From assembly GCA_965237955.1 (NCBI GenBank), contig OZ250169.1, positions 6,528,001-6,592,000 on the forward strand: a stretch of 64,000 bases of DNA, in the 5' to 3' direction. Every line of letters starts with the position of its first letter. Within the stretch, counting starts at the first letter, position 1. Made by a program: the position numbers and the translations under genes. The stretch is from Candidatus Marinacidobacterales bacterium. GTDB lineage: Bacteria; Acidobacteriota; Vicinamibacteria; Marinacidobacterales; SMYC01. The notes under the pieces were generated by a model, which worked only from the letters and a program-made list of their open reading frames with translations, searched no databases and was not told where the DNA came from. Shown here in pieces: positions 20,361 to 30,786 of this stretch.

Positions 20361-22241
20361 TCACCTCAAATATTCTTCTGCCCACCGTTCGAAAACCATC
20401 AGCGGAAAGAGCTGATGGGCATGGTTGGCGCGGCCTTCGACGTGCTCGCGCCGCAGCCGCTCCACTTCCGTCCACTCGAACAGGCCGCGACTCTCGATGC
20501 GCTCCTGGTTCAGGAGCTCGTCCATGAGCGGTCTGAGCTCGCGGCGTAGCCAATTCTTCATCGGAATGCTGAACCCTTCTTTCTGGCGATGAAGAATGCG
20601 TTCCGGGAGCACGCCTTCCATGGCTTTCTTCAACACGTATTTCCGTGTTCCGCCTCTGAGCTTCATATGCCCGGGCATGCGGAACGCGAGCTCGATGACG
20701 TCGCGATCGAGAAACGGTGCCCTCGCTTCGAGCGACGTCGCCATGCTCATGCGATCGACCTTGACGAGAATGTCGTCGGACAGAAAGAGCTTGAAATCGG
20801 CGAAGAGCTGCCGGTTGAGGAGGTCATCGCGATTCTCGCCGAGCTTGGCGAGCACGGGCAGCGTTGGATCGCTCGAGCGGAGCGTGTTCGAAAAACTCCT
20901 CGAGTACAAACGCGCTTTCGATTCTGGTGTCACGTGCGTGAGCCATCGATAGTGCTCGAGCTCGGGGGCCGATGCCGCGCCGGCGAGAAACCGCTTCACC
21001 TTGTTGACCAAGCCCTTCTTCTTCTCGCTCGGTGGTACCCACTCGCTCAGGTTGTGGAGCATCGAGAGCGCCCTCCTGCCGGGAAACCGCGCGAGCGTTC
21101 TCGCCACGCGGTCGGCGACGTACCAGTCGTATCCGGCAAAGAGCTCGTCCCCACCGTCGCCGGAGAGAACCACCTTGACGTCTTTCGCAGCGACCTGGGA
21201 AACGAGATACGTAGGGAAGAGCGAGGTGTCCGCAAACGGCTCGTCGAGGTGCACGATGAGCTTGTCGAAGAGCTCGACCACATTCGGCTCGATAGTTTCC
21301 TCGTGATGCTCGGTCTTGAAGAGCCGGGCGATCTCGCGCGCGTAGGAGGATTCGTCGTAGCTTCCTTCGGCAAACGCAATCGAGAACGTCTTGATCGGTT
21401 GTGCGGAAGCCTCGGCCATGAGCGCTACCACCGTGCTCGAATCAAGGCCTCCGGACAAGAACGCGCCGAACGGCACATCCGACATCATCTGAGAGGTGAC
21501 CGCGCGGCCGAGTGTGTCCCTCAGCTCTTCGATCCATTCGCTCTCGCTGCGCTCGGCGTCGGTTTCAGACGGCGCGTGCCAGTACGGCCATGTGCGCACC
21601 TCGCCGTTTTCGATGGTCATCGCGTGCGCCGGCGGGAGCTTTTTCACTCCCTCGAAGATCGTGCGCGGCGCGATGATGAACTCGTAGGTCAAGAACCCAT
21701 CGAGCGCCTCCGGATCCAATGTCCGCGGAATGTCGGTCCGAGCTAGAAGTGATTTGATCTCCGACGCGAAGACGATGTCGTCACCGCCGTCGTAGTAGTA
21801 CAGAGGCTTCTCCCCCGCGCGGTCGCGGGCGGCGAGAAGGCGCTTTTGGGGTCCATCCCAGAGCGCGAATGCGAACTGGCCGTTCACGTGCTCGGCGACG
21901 TGGTCGCCCCACTCTTCGTAGCCGTGGACGATGACCTCCATGTCGGAGCCGGTGCGGAAGCGATGGCCTTTGGCGACGAGCTGGTCGCGGAGGACGCGGT
22001 AGTTGTAAATCTCGCCGTTGCCGACAAAGGTGAGGGTCTCGTCTTCGTTTTGAATCGGCTGGCGGCCACCGGCAACGTCGATGATCGAGAGCCGCTTCAA
22101 TCCGAGCGCAACGCCCGGAAGCGTAATCACGCCGGTGTCATCGGGACCGCGATGGTGGAGCTTTTCGACCATTCGATCGATGAGCGCGGGGTCGAGGCGT
22201 TTGTCAGAGTCGCGAGTGACGACTCCAGCAATGCCGCACAT
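20361..22241 (-). CDS. asnB: asparagine synthase (glutamine-hydrolysing)-like amidotransferase
   Basis: MCGIAG, HRGPD, RLSIID, NGEIYN, LSGGLDSS, SGDGGDELF. Confidence 0.93.
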   Translation of the reverse strand: MCGIAGVVTRDSDKRLDPALIDRMVEKLHHRGPDDTGVITLPGVALGLKRLSIIDVAGGRQPIQNEDETLTFVGNGEIYNYRVLRDQLVAKGHRFRTGSDMEVIVHGYEEWGDHVAEHVNGQFAFALWDGPQKRLLAARDRAGEKPLYYYDGGDDIVFASEIKSLLARTDIPRTLDPEALDGFLTYEFIIAPRTIFEGVKKLPPAHAMTIENGEVRTWPYWHAPSETDAERSESEWIEELRDTLGRAVTSQMMSDVPFGAFLSGGLDSSTVVALMAEASAQPIKTFSIAFAEGSYDESSYAREIARLFKTEHHEETIEPNVVELFDKLIVHLDEPFADTSLFPTYLVSQVAAKDVKVVLSGDGGDELFAGYDWYVADRVARTLARFPGRRALSMLHNLSEWVPPSEKKKGLVNKVKRFLAGAASAPELEHYRWLTHVTPESKARLYSRSFSNTLRSSDPTLPVLAKLGENRDDLLNRQLFADFKLFLSDDILVKVDRMSMATSLEARAPFLDRDVIELAFRMPGHMKLRGGTRKYVLKKAMEGVLPERILHRQKEGFSIPMKNWLRRELRPLMDELLNQERIESRGLFEWTEVERLRREHVEGRANHAHQLFPLMVFERWAEEYLR

Positions 22242-22254
22242 GATCTACGAAGTC

Positions 22255-23403
22255 TCAGGCAGGTGAAGACCCGTTGAATCGGGCCGCTAGCTTCTCGCTT
22301 CCGAGCTCCATCACGAACTTGAGGTAGGGGAAAACTTGTTTCATGGCGGCGGAGTTGACGAAGCATGGGCTCGCACAGCTCGGACACACCTTGTCGAGCA
22401 ATTCCTGCCGCATCGCCAAATTCTCGCGGTCGTAGTAGAAATCCTTCGGGTCACCCTCGCGCACGTTCCCGATGACACGGCTGTTCTCGCAATACGTGAG
22501 GTCGCCATTCGGGTTCAACAACAACCCCTGGTCCATCGACGGGCAGGGCATGGTGCGCTTCATCCCGTTCTGGAACATCTTCACGTACGCCTGGTACAGG
22601 AACGCATCGCCGTCAACCAGCGAAGACTCGCGCACGCGCTTTCGGAAGAACTCCACCAGTTGCGGGAAGTCTTCCTCTTTGAGGTCCGTCGACTCCACGA
22701 GATCCATGTTCCCGAATGCGAGCTCGGAGTACCGGGCAATGGCGAAGACGACGTTCAAGTTCTCTTTCTTGCAAAGCTCGTAAATGCGCTCGCCTTCTTC
22801 GAGGTTTTGGGCGGTGAACGTAAACGAAACGCCGAAGTTGAAGAACTTCTTCTTCTGAAGCTCCTGCATTTCCCGGACGGTATCCATCGCGCGTTCGAAC
22901 GCATGCCATACACGCCGGATGTCTTCGTGGGCGTCACCCACACCGTCGAGGCTCACCCGGGTTCCGAATACGAAGCCGTGCTCGTTGGCCACGTCGATGA
23001 TCTCGTCGAGGGTTTTGACGACGCGCTCTTTGACGAAGCCGTTGGTATTCAAGGTCATCTTCCGGAGCCGCGGCATGTTGTCCGCCATGGCGCGGACGAT
23101 GTCCGCCATGTCCTTGCGGAGGGTCGGCTCGCCGCCGGTGATACCGAGGTACTCGATCGAGCGGAAGAGCTCACTCGAGAACGTCTTCCGGTACTCGTCC
23201 GTGGTCAGATCATCGTGGTACGGAAGCTTCCACGAGTTGCACATGACGCACTTCGAGTCGCACTTGTAGGAGACGTTGAAAATAAGGACCGTGGGCGCGA
23301 TGGCCTTGAATCTTCCGACGACCTGGGTCTTGACGAAATCCGCCGGAAGCGACGGCAGACTCGTTTTCAAAAGCTGGCCCACGTAGTGATTGTTACCAAA
23401 CAT
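22255..23403 (-). CDS. radical SAM protein with SPASM/twitch-like C-terminus
   Basis: CDSKCVMC (CxxxCxxC), TGGEP, NTNG, C-terminal Cys cluster. Confidence 0.9.
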   Translation of the reverse strand: MFGNNHYVGQLLKTSLPSLPADFVKTQVVGRFKAIAPTVLIFNVSYKCDSKCVMCNSWKLPYHDDLTTDEYRKTFSSELFRSIEYLGITGGEPTLRKDMADIVRAMADNMPRLRKMTLNTNGFVKERVVKTLDEIIDVANEHGFVFGTRVSLDGVGDAHEDIRRVWHAFERAMDTVREMQELQKKKFFNFGVSFTFTAQNLEEGERIYELCKKENLNVVFAIARYSELAFGNMDLVESTDLKEEDFPQLVEFFRKRVRESSLVDGDAFLYQAYVKMFQNGMKRTMPCPSMDQGLLLNPNGDLTYCENSRVIGNVREGDPKDFYYDRENLAMRQELLDKVCPSCASPCFVNSAAMKQVFPYLKFVMELGSEKLAARFNGSSPA

Positions 23404-24173
23404 TATTTGTCTCTGCGATCCCGCACCGGCTTCGCGGGAACGCCGGCAGCGATGTGATAAGCGGGTACTTTTTCGAGCACGATGGCGCCCGCGCCAATAA
23501 TAGCATGCTCTCCGACATCGACCCCGCCGGCCACCACCGCGTGCGCCCCGAGCCAGCAACCGTCTCCGATAGTAATGGGAAGACCGATCCGGCCCTGCTG
23601 GGAGACGGGGATATCGAGGCGGTCGTGCATGTGGTCGCCGCCGACGAGGTAGACGTAGGCCGCGAGCATCACGTCCTTCCCAACCCGAATTTTGTCCGCG
23701 GAGAAGATCTCGCAGTTGAAGCCGATGTTCGCCCGCTCCTCGAGATGGATGTCGCCGTTTTTGCAGGAAAGGATGGTGTTGCGCCCGATGAAAACCCCGT
23801 CATCGAGAACGATGCCGCTGTTGTCGATCCCCTTCGCATCGAGAAGGACGTTGTCATCGACGACGACATCGTTTCCGATACGAATCTTGTGCGGGTGTCG
23901 CAGCACGACGTTTTGGCCGAAGGTCACGTTCCTTCCACATGCGCCGAGCACCAGTGGGTAGAGCTTGGCGCGGACGAACAGGCCGAGCGCACCGGGCACC
24001 CACGCCCAGAACATCACCAGCTCGTGGAGCATGAGCGCGAACAGACCGGGCCGGCCGACGACGAGCTCGGCGTATTTCTGAACCTTCCCCCTGTTTCGAT
24101 CCGAGAGCTCCGTTTGAGCGACGTGGATGCGCTGGTCGTTGAGTTGTGACGGGGGTTGAGAGGCCGAATCCAT
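23403..24173 (-). CDS. hexapeptide-repeat acyltransferase
   Basis: Left-handed beta-helix repeats; IGDGCWLG...AGVPAK. Confidence 0.88.
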   Translation of the reverse strand: MDSASQPPSQLNDQRIHVAQTELSDRNRGKVQKYAELVVGRPGLFALMLHELVMFWAWVPGALGLFVRAKLYPLVLGACGRNVTFGQNVVLRHPHKIRIGNDVVVDDNVLLDAKGIDNSGIVLDDGVFIGRNTILSCKNGDIHLEERANIGFNCEIFSADKIRVGKDVMLAAYVYLVGGDHMHDRLDIPVSQQGRIGLPITIGDGCWLGAHAVVAGGVDVGEHAIIGAGAIVLEKVPAYHIAAGVPAKPVRDRRDK

Positions 24174-24183
24174 GCCGTCTATA

Positions 24184-25164
24184 TTAGACCCACCCTGCGG
24201 CACGATACCACTCGAGAGTCGCGGCGATACCGGCGTCGAGCTCGACCGTCGGCTCCCAGCGGAGAATCTCGCGCGCTTTGTCGATCTTGAAGGCGCGATC
24301 CTTGCGAAAGAAATCGAGTCGGCGCCGGTGAAGCGGAGGCTCGATGCCGAGCGGCCGGCACACAACTTCACAGACAGCAGCGGCAGCGTAGAGCGGACCC
24401 GCGGGCAGCCGGAGCCACGGCGGCGCGACGCCGGCCTTTTTGGCAATGAGCTCGACGAGCTCTTTGATCGTCGTGTAACGGGCGCCCGCAAGGATGAACG
24501 CCTCTCCGTTCACGCCGGCTCCCATCTCCGCGGCCCGGATGAAACCGCGCGCGACGTCCTCCACATGCGTCAAGTGGTAGAACACGTCGCCTCTGCCGAT
24601 CATCGGGAACTTGCGGCGCGCGACGCCGCGGAACAATTTCACAAAGCGACGATCGCCGGGTCCGTAGATACCTACCGGTCGAAGCACCACGACGGGCAAC
24701 CCGCGATCACGGTGCAGACCGAGCATGACGCGCTCTGCCTCGACTTTCGTTTGTTGGTAGATGTCGCCCGGGTTGTACGGAGAGTTTTCGTCGGCAGGCG
24801 GCGCGACTTCTCCGTGAACCCCGCACGTGCTGCAATACAGAAACGGGATACCGCCTTCGGCGAGCGCCGCTTCGCCGAGAAGGCGCGTCCCGTCGACGTT
24901 GACTTGCCGATAGTAATCGTCACTCAGCCGCGCTTCTCGGTAAACCGCGGCGATGTGGAAGATGCGCTCGACGCCCGCGACCGCCTCGCGCAAACGCGTC
25001 CCATTCGTCAGCTCGCCTTCGAAGCGCTCGACGTCGATTCCTTTCAGGAGCGTCAGGTCGCTGGTCTGTCGCACGAGGGCTCGGACCTCGTGGCCCGCTT
25101 CACGCAGCAGACGCGCTAAATGGCTGCCTGTAAACCCATTAGCGCCAGTGACGAGCACTTTCAC
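24184..25164 (-). CDS. NAD-dependent epimerase/dehydratase
   Basis: [14 protein letters not shown] (YxxxK), RPVGIYGPG. Confidence 0.92.
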   Translation of the reverse strand: MKVLVTGANGFTGSHLARLLREAGHEVRALVRQTSDLTLLKGIDVERFEGELTNGTRLREAVAGVERIFHIAAVYREARLSDDYYRQVNVDGTRLLGEAALAEGGIPFLYCSTCGVHGEVAPPADENSPYNPGDIYQQTKVEAERVMLGLHRDRGLPVVVLRPVGIYGPGDRRFVKLFRGVARRKFPMIGRGDVFYHLTHVEDVARGFIRAAEMGAGVNGEAFILAGARYTTIKELVELIAKKAGVAPPWLRLPAGPLYAAAAVCEVVCRPLGIEPPLHRRRLDFFRKDRAFKIDKAREILRWEPTVELDAGIAATLEWYRAAGWV

Positions 25165-25284
25165 GTAGGTATTATAGGTGCTGGACAGGTGGATCTCGCT
25201 ATCGAGCTTGTGATAAGCTGAATTTTTTGATTTGCCGCGTACGGCGTACGAAAACCACGTGATTACGGAGGACAATCCAAGAAC

Positions 25285-26313
25285 ATGAGCACCCAACTAC
25301 TCAGGTACTTCATCTTTGGAACGATGCTCGCCCTCGCGGCGACAGGGTTCATCGCTTGTAGCGACAGCAGCAACGGTGGCGGTGGCGGTAGCGGTGGCAC
25401 CGGAGCAACGATCACCATTACCGCTCCCGGAATCGTGGGCCCGCAAGGGAACCTTTCCGAAAACCCGCCGACCCTTACGGTGATCAACGTCACCGTGAGC
25501 GACGGCAGCACGGCGACCTATACATTCCAAGTCGCGACCGAGCAGGCGTTCGCGAGTATTCTCCGCCAGATCACTGGTGTTGCGCAGGGCTCGGCGCAAA
25601 CGAGCTGGACTCTCCGGACGGCGTTCCCGGGTGGAACCTACTTTTGGAGGGCGCGGGGCGTCTCTGGCGGCATCAACGGAGTGTGGTCGGCCGTAGCTCA
25701 AATCGTCGCGTCCGGCGGCGGGGGCACTCAACCGGGCGAAACCCAAGTCGTGTTCGATCCCCTCACCAACGGGATGACTCTGGGCGAGCGCTCCGGCGGG
25801 ACGTTCACCGACCAGGGGTGGCGCGTCGAAAGGAACGCTGATTTCATTCGCTACGAGGTTCCGACGGTGACCAATGGCTACGTGCAGTGGGAAAACGTCG
25901 GCCTCACGCGGCGGGGCGCGAACGACGCTTCCCACATGCTCTTTGGGATGTGGGACCCGGACGCCGGCGCGTTTCGCCAGAACGCGTTCCGCGTGCACGT
26001 GCAAAAGCTTTGGAACAACCCGCACAACCCACCGTTCATGCGTTTCCGCTGGATCTCGCAAGGGCGCGAGGGCGACGCCGGCCACGGTTTCACGAATTGG
26101 AACCCGGGCCAAGTCTACACGTTCCGTGTGGATTGGGGCCCCACGGGCGCGGCGAACACAGCCCGCGTCTTCCTCGACGGCCAGGAGATCATGACGATTG
26201 GTTACAACCGCACCTACGCGCCCAACACGCACTTCATCGAGCTCGGCATCCAAGCGCGAGGTGAATCCGTCATCGACGCGATTTATCGCAACTTCACGGT
26301 GGTAAGACGCTAA
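25285..26313 (+). CDS. hypothetical lipoprotein (Ig/FN3-like plus beta-rich domain), paralog A
   Basis: Lipobox FIAC, Gly linker, YTFQVA...YFWRAR. Confidence 0.75.
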   Translation: MSTQLLRYFIFGTMLALAATGFIACSDSSNGGGGGSGGTGATITITAPGIVGPQGNLSENPPTLTVINVTVSDGSTATYTFQVATEQAFASILRQITGVAQGSAQTSWTLRTAFPGGTYFWRARGVSGGINGVWSAVAQIVASGGGGTQPGETQVVFDPLTNGMTLGERSGGTFTDQGWRVERNADFIRYEVPTVTNGYVQWENVGLTRRGANDASHMLFGMWDPDAGAFRQNAFRVHVQKLWNNPHNPPFMRFRWISQGREGDAGHGFTNWNPGQVYTFRVDWGPTGAANTARVFLDGQEIMTIGYNRTYAPNTHFIELGIQARGESVIDAIYRNFTVVRR

Positions 26314-26334
26314 TTGAGTCAGGAAGCGAGCAAC

Positions 26335-27369
26335 GTGATTCAGCAACGACGACTCTTCACCTCGTGTGTGGTGCTTGTCTCGGCAGTGCTCGCACTCGCC
26401 GGGTGCAGTGATGAGGGCGGGGGCGGCAGCGGCGGCTCTACCGGAGGGAGTGTCACCATCACCGCGCCCGGTATCGTGAGCCCGGCCAACGGGAGCCAAG
26501 TCACGGGCCAGGCCACGCTTACGGTCTCGAACGTCACCGTGAGCGGGGGCAGTGGCACGCCTACTTACACGTTTCAAGTCGCCGGCGAATCCGGATTTGC
26601 TAACATCATCGCGCAAGCCGCCGGCATCGCTCAGGGCGGCGGAGGCCAGACATCATGGACCGCCGGCTCGGAGGTCGGAAGCGGGCAGGTTTTCTGGCGC
26701 GCCCGCGCTTCGGTGGGCGCGACCCAAGGCCCGTTCTCGAGCGCCGGCAACTTCCAGTTCCAGGGAGGCCCGGCAACGGGCGGCTCGACCGACCAGGTGC
26801 TGCTGTTCGATCCGTTGATGGGCTCGAGCCTCGGCGACGTCGGCGGCGGTGAGTTCACCGACGAGGGATGGAAAGTCATCGCGAGCTCGAACTTCATCGT
26901 TTACGACATGCAAACGATCGAGACGGGCTTTCTCGAGTTCGATGTCAAAGGCCTCGACATCCGAAACCTGACGCGCGACGCGCGCCATTTGTTCTTCATG
27001 TGGGATCCGAGTCTCGGGAGCGACATGACCTCGAACCGGTTCCGCGTCAGCCTGCAAAAGCTCGACGGCCGAAGCTCGATAAACGATCGTTGGCTGCGGC
27101 TGCGCTTCATTACCCAGGGGCGACGAACCGACGTGGGCAGCACATTTCGCGGTTGGACGCCCGAGCGGACGTATCGCATCCGCCTCGAGTGGGGACGGGA
27201 AGGCGACGTCAACGTGTGCCGGCTCTTTATCGACAACGAACAGAAGATGTTCTTCCAGTACCGACGGCCATACATCCCGGCGCTCCACCGCATCGAGCTC
27301 GGTGCCGCCGGACGCGCGGAAACACCGGAAGACGCGATCTACTCGAATGTCACGATTGGTACGAGGTAG
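26335..27369 (+). CDS. hypothetical lipoprotein, paralog B
   Basis: Lipobox LAGC; colinear motifs with 25285-26313 (TITAPGIV, YTFQVA, FWRAR, FDPL, MWDP, IELG). Confidence 0.75.
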   Translation: MIQQRRLFTSCVVLVSAVLALAGCSDEGGGGSGGSTGGSVTITAPGIVSPANGSQVTGQATLTVSNVTVSGGSGTPTYTFQVAGESGFANIIAQAAGIAQGGGGQTSWTAGSEVGSGQVFWRARASVGATQGPFSSAGNFQFQGGPATGGSTDQVLLFDPLMGSSLGDVGGGEFTDEGWKVIASSNFIVYDMQTIETGFLEFDVKGLDIRNLTRDARHLFFMWDPSLGSDMTSNRFRVSLQKLDGRSSINDRWLRLRFITQGRRTDVGSTFRGWTPERTYRIRLEWGREGDVNVCRLFIDNEQKMFFQYRRPYIPALHRIELGAAGRAETPEDAIYSNVTIGTR

Positions 27370-27377
27370 AAGAGCTC

Positions 27378-27457
27378 AACGCAAAGACGCCAAGACGCGG
27401 AGACGCAAAGACATTTCGATTCACTTTGCGCCTTCGCGACGTTGCGCCTTTGCGTTT
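27378..27457. repeat. REP-like hairpin between convergent genes
   Basis: aacgcaaagacgccaagacgcggagacgcaaag...ctttgcgccttcgcgacgttgcgcctttgcgtt. Confidence 0.65.
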
Positions 27458-28467
27458 TATTTTTCTTCGTCGTCGCCTAGGATGTCCCTAATTGCGTACG
27501 GCTTGGTGCGGCCACTTTCCTGGTTCAGACGTACCAGGAGCTCCCCGATTAGGCCGAGGCTGACCAGCTGGAGCCCGCCGAGCATCAAGAGACTCGCGAG
27601 CAGGAGTAGCGGACGCCCTCCAATGGGTTGGCCGAGACCGAACTTGACCCACGTCAAGTAGCCCCCGAAGAACAACCCGACACTACCCATGAGAAGCCCG
27701 GCCGAGCCGAAGATCTGCAAGGGACGGCGCGAATAGCTCAGGAGGAACTTCACCGTCATCAAGTCGAGGATGACGCGGAAGGTTCGGGAAATCCCGTACT
27801 TCGATTCTCCTTGGTTGCGCGGCCGGTGCCCGACAACGACTTCGTCGATCGAGACACCGATGCTGCTCGCGACCGCCGGGATGAAGCGATGCATTTCCCC
27901 ATAGAGGTGCAGATTTTTCACGACGTCCGAGCGGAACGCCTTGAGCGTGCAGCCGTAGTCGTGCAGCCGCACGCCCGTGGTCACGGAGATGAGCCAGTTC
28001 GCGATTTGGGAAGGCAAGCGCCGGGACCAAAACGGATCTTTGCGATCTTTGCGCCAGCCACAAACGATGTCGAAACCGCCATCGAGTCGTTCGAGCAGAA
28101 GCGGGATGTCCCGCGGCTCGTTCTGCAAATCGGCATCGAGGGTAACGATCACGGGAGAGCGCGCTTCGTCGAAGCCGGCCGCGAGCGCCGCCGTCTGCCC
28201 GAAATTCTTGCGGAAGCGAATCACGCGAACGCGTGGGTCTTGATGATGCAACGAGCTCAACAAAGCGAAGCTCGCGTCGGTGCTGCCGTCGTCGATGAAG
28301 ATGATCTCGTAGCGCTTGCCGTACGGCTCGAGGGCATCGGTAATTTCCTGGTGGAGCTTCGGGAGATTCCCCTCTTCGTTGAAGACGGGGATGACGAGCG
28401 AGACGTCAGGGGACTGAGTGGCCAGCTTCGAGCCACGCTCCGCCTGCATCTCGGTCTTCGACGGCAT
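27457..28467 (-). CDS. glycosyltransferase family 2 (ArnC/DPM1-like)
   Basis: IPVFNEE, DDGSTD, NFGQTAA, DADLQN, C-terminal TM helices. Confidence 0.92.
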   Translation of the reverse strand: MPSKTEMQAERGSKLATQSPDVSLVIPVFNEEGNLPKLHQEITDALEPYGKRYEIIFIDDGSTDASFALLSSLHHQDPRVRVIRFRKNFGQTAALAAGFDEARSPVIVTLDADLQNEPRDIPLLLERLDGGFDIVCGWRKDRKDPFWSRRLPSQIANWLISVTTGVRLHDYGCTLKAFRSDVVKNLHLYGEMHRFIPAVASSIGVSIDEVVVGHRPRNQGESKYGISRTFRVILDLMTVKFLLSYSRRPLQIFGSAGLLMGSVGLFFGGYLTWVKFGLGQPIGGRPLLLLASLLMLGGLQLVSLGLIGELLVRLNQESGRTKPYAIRDILGDDEEK

Positions 28468-28499
28468 CGCCAAAGTATATACTAGCGCGGGAGTTAGGT

Positions 28500-28817
28500 A
28501 TGGCGAAGTTCGACGCGAAGTTCGACGAAGAGGAAGTGCGGAAGCTCGCCGAGCTCGCACACCTGACGCTAACCGACAACGAGCAAGCCAGCTTCGCGGG
28601 CCAGCTCGACGAGATCCTGGGCTACGCCGAGCGCATTCAGGCTCTCGACACCGAGGGTGTCTCCCCGACATCGCACGCCCTCCTCGAAGCCGGTCTCGAA
28701 GGAGGGTCGACACTTCGAGACGACGAGCCCAAGGAAAGCCTGGACCGTGACCGAGTGCTCGACGGCGCGCCGGATCCAGGAGCAGGACTCTTCAAAGTTC
28801 CCAAGGTGTTGCCTTGA
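28500..28817 (+). CDS. gatC: Asp/Glu-tRNA amidotransferase subunit C
   Basis: VRKLAELAHL...LRDD...FKVPKV; directly upstream of gatA. Confidence 0.92.
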   Translation: MAKFDAKFDEEEVRKLAELAHLTLTDNEQASFAGQLDEILGYAERIQALDTEGVSPTSHALLEAGLEGGSTLRDDEPKESLDRDRVLDGAPDPGAGLFKVPKVLP

Positions 28818-30280
28818 CGCTTTGGGAGCAATCAGTCGCCGAGATTACGACCAAGACTCGCAGCGGAGACCTTTCCGCCGAGGAAACGACACGCGCGTTC
28901 GCGGATCGCATCGAAGCGCTCGACCCCACCGTCGGCGCCTTTCTCGATCGGATGAGCGAACCGGCTCTCGCCCGCGCACGTGAGCTCGATGCGTTGCCCG
29001 CGGTTGAGCGTGGCCCGCTCCACGGGCTTCCTGTTGCGCTCAAAGACATCATCTCCGTTGCCGGGAGCCGATGCACGTGTGGTTCGCGCATTCTCGAGAA
29101 TTACGTGCCGGTCTATGACGCCACCGTCGTCGACCGCCTCTACGACGCCGGCGCGGTCATCCTCGGCAAAACCAACATGGACGAGTTTGCCATGGGGTCC
29201 TCGACCGAGAACTCGGCGTTTCATACGACGAAAAACCCATGGAATCTCGATTGCGTTCCCGGTGGATCGAGCGGCGGCTCCGCTGCCGCCGTCGCAGCTC
29301 GACTCGTTCCCGCAGCACTCGGAACCGACACCGGCGGCTCGATTCGCCAACCCGCAAGTCTGTGCGGCGTGACCGGACTCAAGCCCACCTACGGGCGCGT
29401 ATCGCGCTACGGCCTCGTCGCATTCGCCTCGTCGTTGGACCAGATCGGACCGCTGACCCACTCGGTGGAAGACACTGCATTGTTGCTGGAGGCGCTGGCA
29501 GGAGACGACGCGAACGACGCCACGTGCGCCACGAAACCCACATCGGCCTACTCGCAAGAGCTCGACGGCGACGTCCGACCGCTGCGCCTCGGAATCCCGA
29601 AAACCGCCACGAGCGAAGGCGTCGATTCCGACGTTAGCGCTGCCTTCAAAGCGGCGGTCGCAACGTTTGCGAGCCTCGGCATCGCCACCGAAGAGGTCGC
29701 GCTACCGGCGAGCGAGCACGCGGTTGCCTGCTACTACCTGCTCGCGACCGCCGAGGCGAGCTCGAACCTTGCTCGCTACGAAGGTGTGCGTTACGGCCTC
29801 AGGGTTTCAGCCGACAAAGGTCTCCGCGAGATGATGGCGGATACACGAGCCCAAGGCTTCGGGCCCGAGGTCAAGCGACGCATCCTTCTCGGCACGTTCG
29901 TCCTATCCGCCGGCTACTACGACGCGTACTATCAAAAGGCTCAGCGAGTGCGAAGTCTGATCGCTCGGGACTTCGAAAAAGCTTTCGAGCGCGTCGATGC
30001 CGTGCTATTGCCCACGAGCCCGACCCCAGCGTTCCGCATCGGCGACAAGGTGAACGATCCGCTATCGATGTATCTCACCGACATCTTCACCATCACCGCG
30101 AACTTGATCGGCGCGCCCGCCATAAGCCTACCCGCCGGCTTCGCGCGCGACGGCCTTCCCATCGGCGTCCAGCTCGTGGGAAAACACTTCGACGAGTCGA
30201 CCCTCCTACAGCTCGGTCACGCCTTTCAGAAAGCCACGGACTTCCACCAAAAGACGCCAGCGATCGCGACAACGTCGTAG
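28814..30280 (+). CDS. gatA: Asp/Glu-tRNA amidotransferase subunit A
   Basis: GKTNMDEFAMGSSTE, PGGSSGGS, DTGGSIRQPA, EVKRRILLG. Confidence 0.96.
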   Translation: MTLWEQSVAEITTKTRSGDLSAEETTRAFADRIEALDPTVGAFLDRMSEPALARARELDALPAVERGPLHGLPVALKDIISVAGSRCTCGSRILENYVPVYDATVVDRLYDAGAVILGKTNMDEFAMGSSTENSAFHTTKNPWNLDCVPGGSSGGSAAAVAARLVPAALGTDTGGSIRQPASLCGVTGLKPTYGRVSRYGLVAFASSLDQIGPLTHSVEDTALLLEALAGDDANDATCATKPTSAYSQELDGDVRPLRLGIPKTATSEGVDSDVSAAFKAAVATFASLGIATEEVALPASEHAVACYYLLATAEASSNLARYEGVRYGLRVSADKGLREMMADTRAQGFGPEVKRRILLGTFVLSAGYYDAYYQKAQRVRSLIARDFEKAFERVDAVLLPTSPTPAFRIGDKVNDPLSMYLTDIFTITANLIGAPAISLPAGFARDGLPIGVQLVGKHFDESTLLQLGHAFQKATDFHQKTPAIATTS

Positions 30281-30309
30281 CGTGCACGTCCTTCTTTAAG
30301 GATGGTCGC

Positions 30310-30470
30310 TTAGAGAAGCTCTTCGGCGCGCTCCGCGACGTCTCGTCGCCGCGCGACATACTCATCGAGGGCTCGTCGTATCGTCGCGGACAGGCTCATT
30401 TTCTCTTTCAACGCGATCCGTTTGAGCGAGTTCATGAGGCCGTCATCCGCGAAGATCGTAGTCGCTTCAT
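30310..30470 (-). pseudogene. ribbon-helix-helix (CopG-like) antitoxin remnant
   Basis: MKR then frameshift to TTIFADDGLMNSLKRIALKEKMSLSATIRRALDEYV; no cognate toxin seen. Confidence 0.55.
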
Positions 30471-30683
30471 GTCTACTACTATACGTATACATGCTGCTTA
30501 GTAATGCGGCAAAAAAGAGGACAGTCGCCCATGAGGCGGCGCCTCTTTTGCCACAGAGGCACAGCGCAGCGAAGCCGCAACCAACTCACGACGCCAGGGG
30601 CGTCTCGACCTGGATGGGCGGTCGGTCTGTGTAGTCGTCGCCTGGCCGGCGAACCACGGAGCCGCGCCGCAACGATTCGATAA

Positions 30684-30786
30684 GTTGGCGATGGGCGACC
30701 GGGGCCTCCGATGGGAACTCCGGGCACCCGGTTCGGAGCTGTCGTGCAACGGCGGTGTTTTAGGCAACTTTGTCCCGGCAAAGCTC
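30684..30786 (-). repeat. inverted repeat arm A flanking the HNH gene
   Basis: Minus strand aligns to 33450-33544 (palindrome, ccgaacc(t)gggtgcccggag, cgcccatcgcc). Confidence 0.7.

Noticed and set aside
20361-22241. AsnB as the lasso cyclase for the PqqD/kinase module
   Set aside because: It has an intact N-terminal Cys glutaminase domain, lies 14 kb away among sugar genes, and no lasso B2 peptidase is present.
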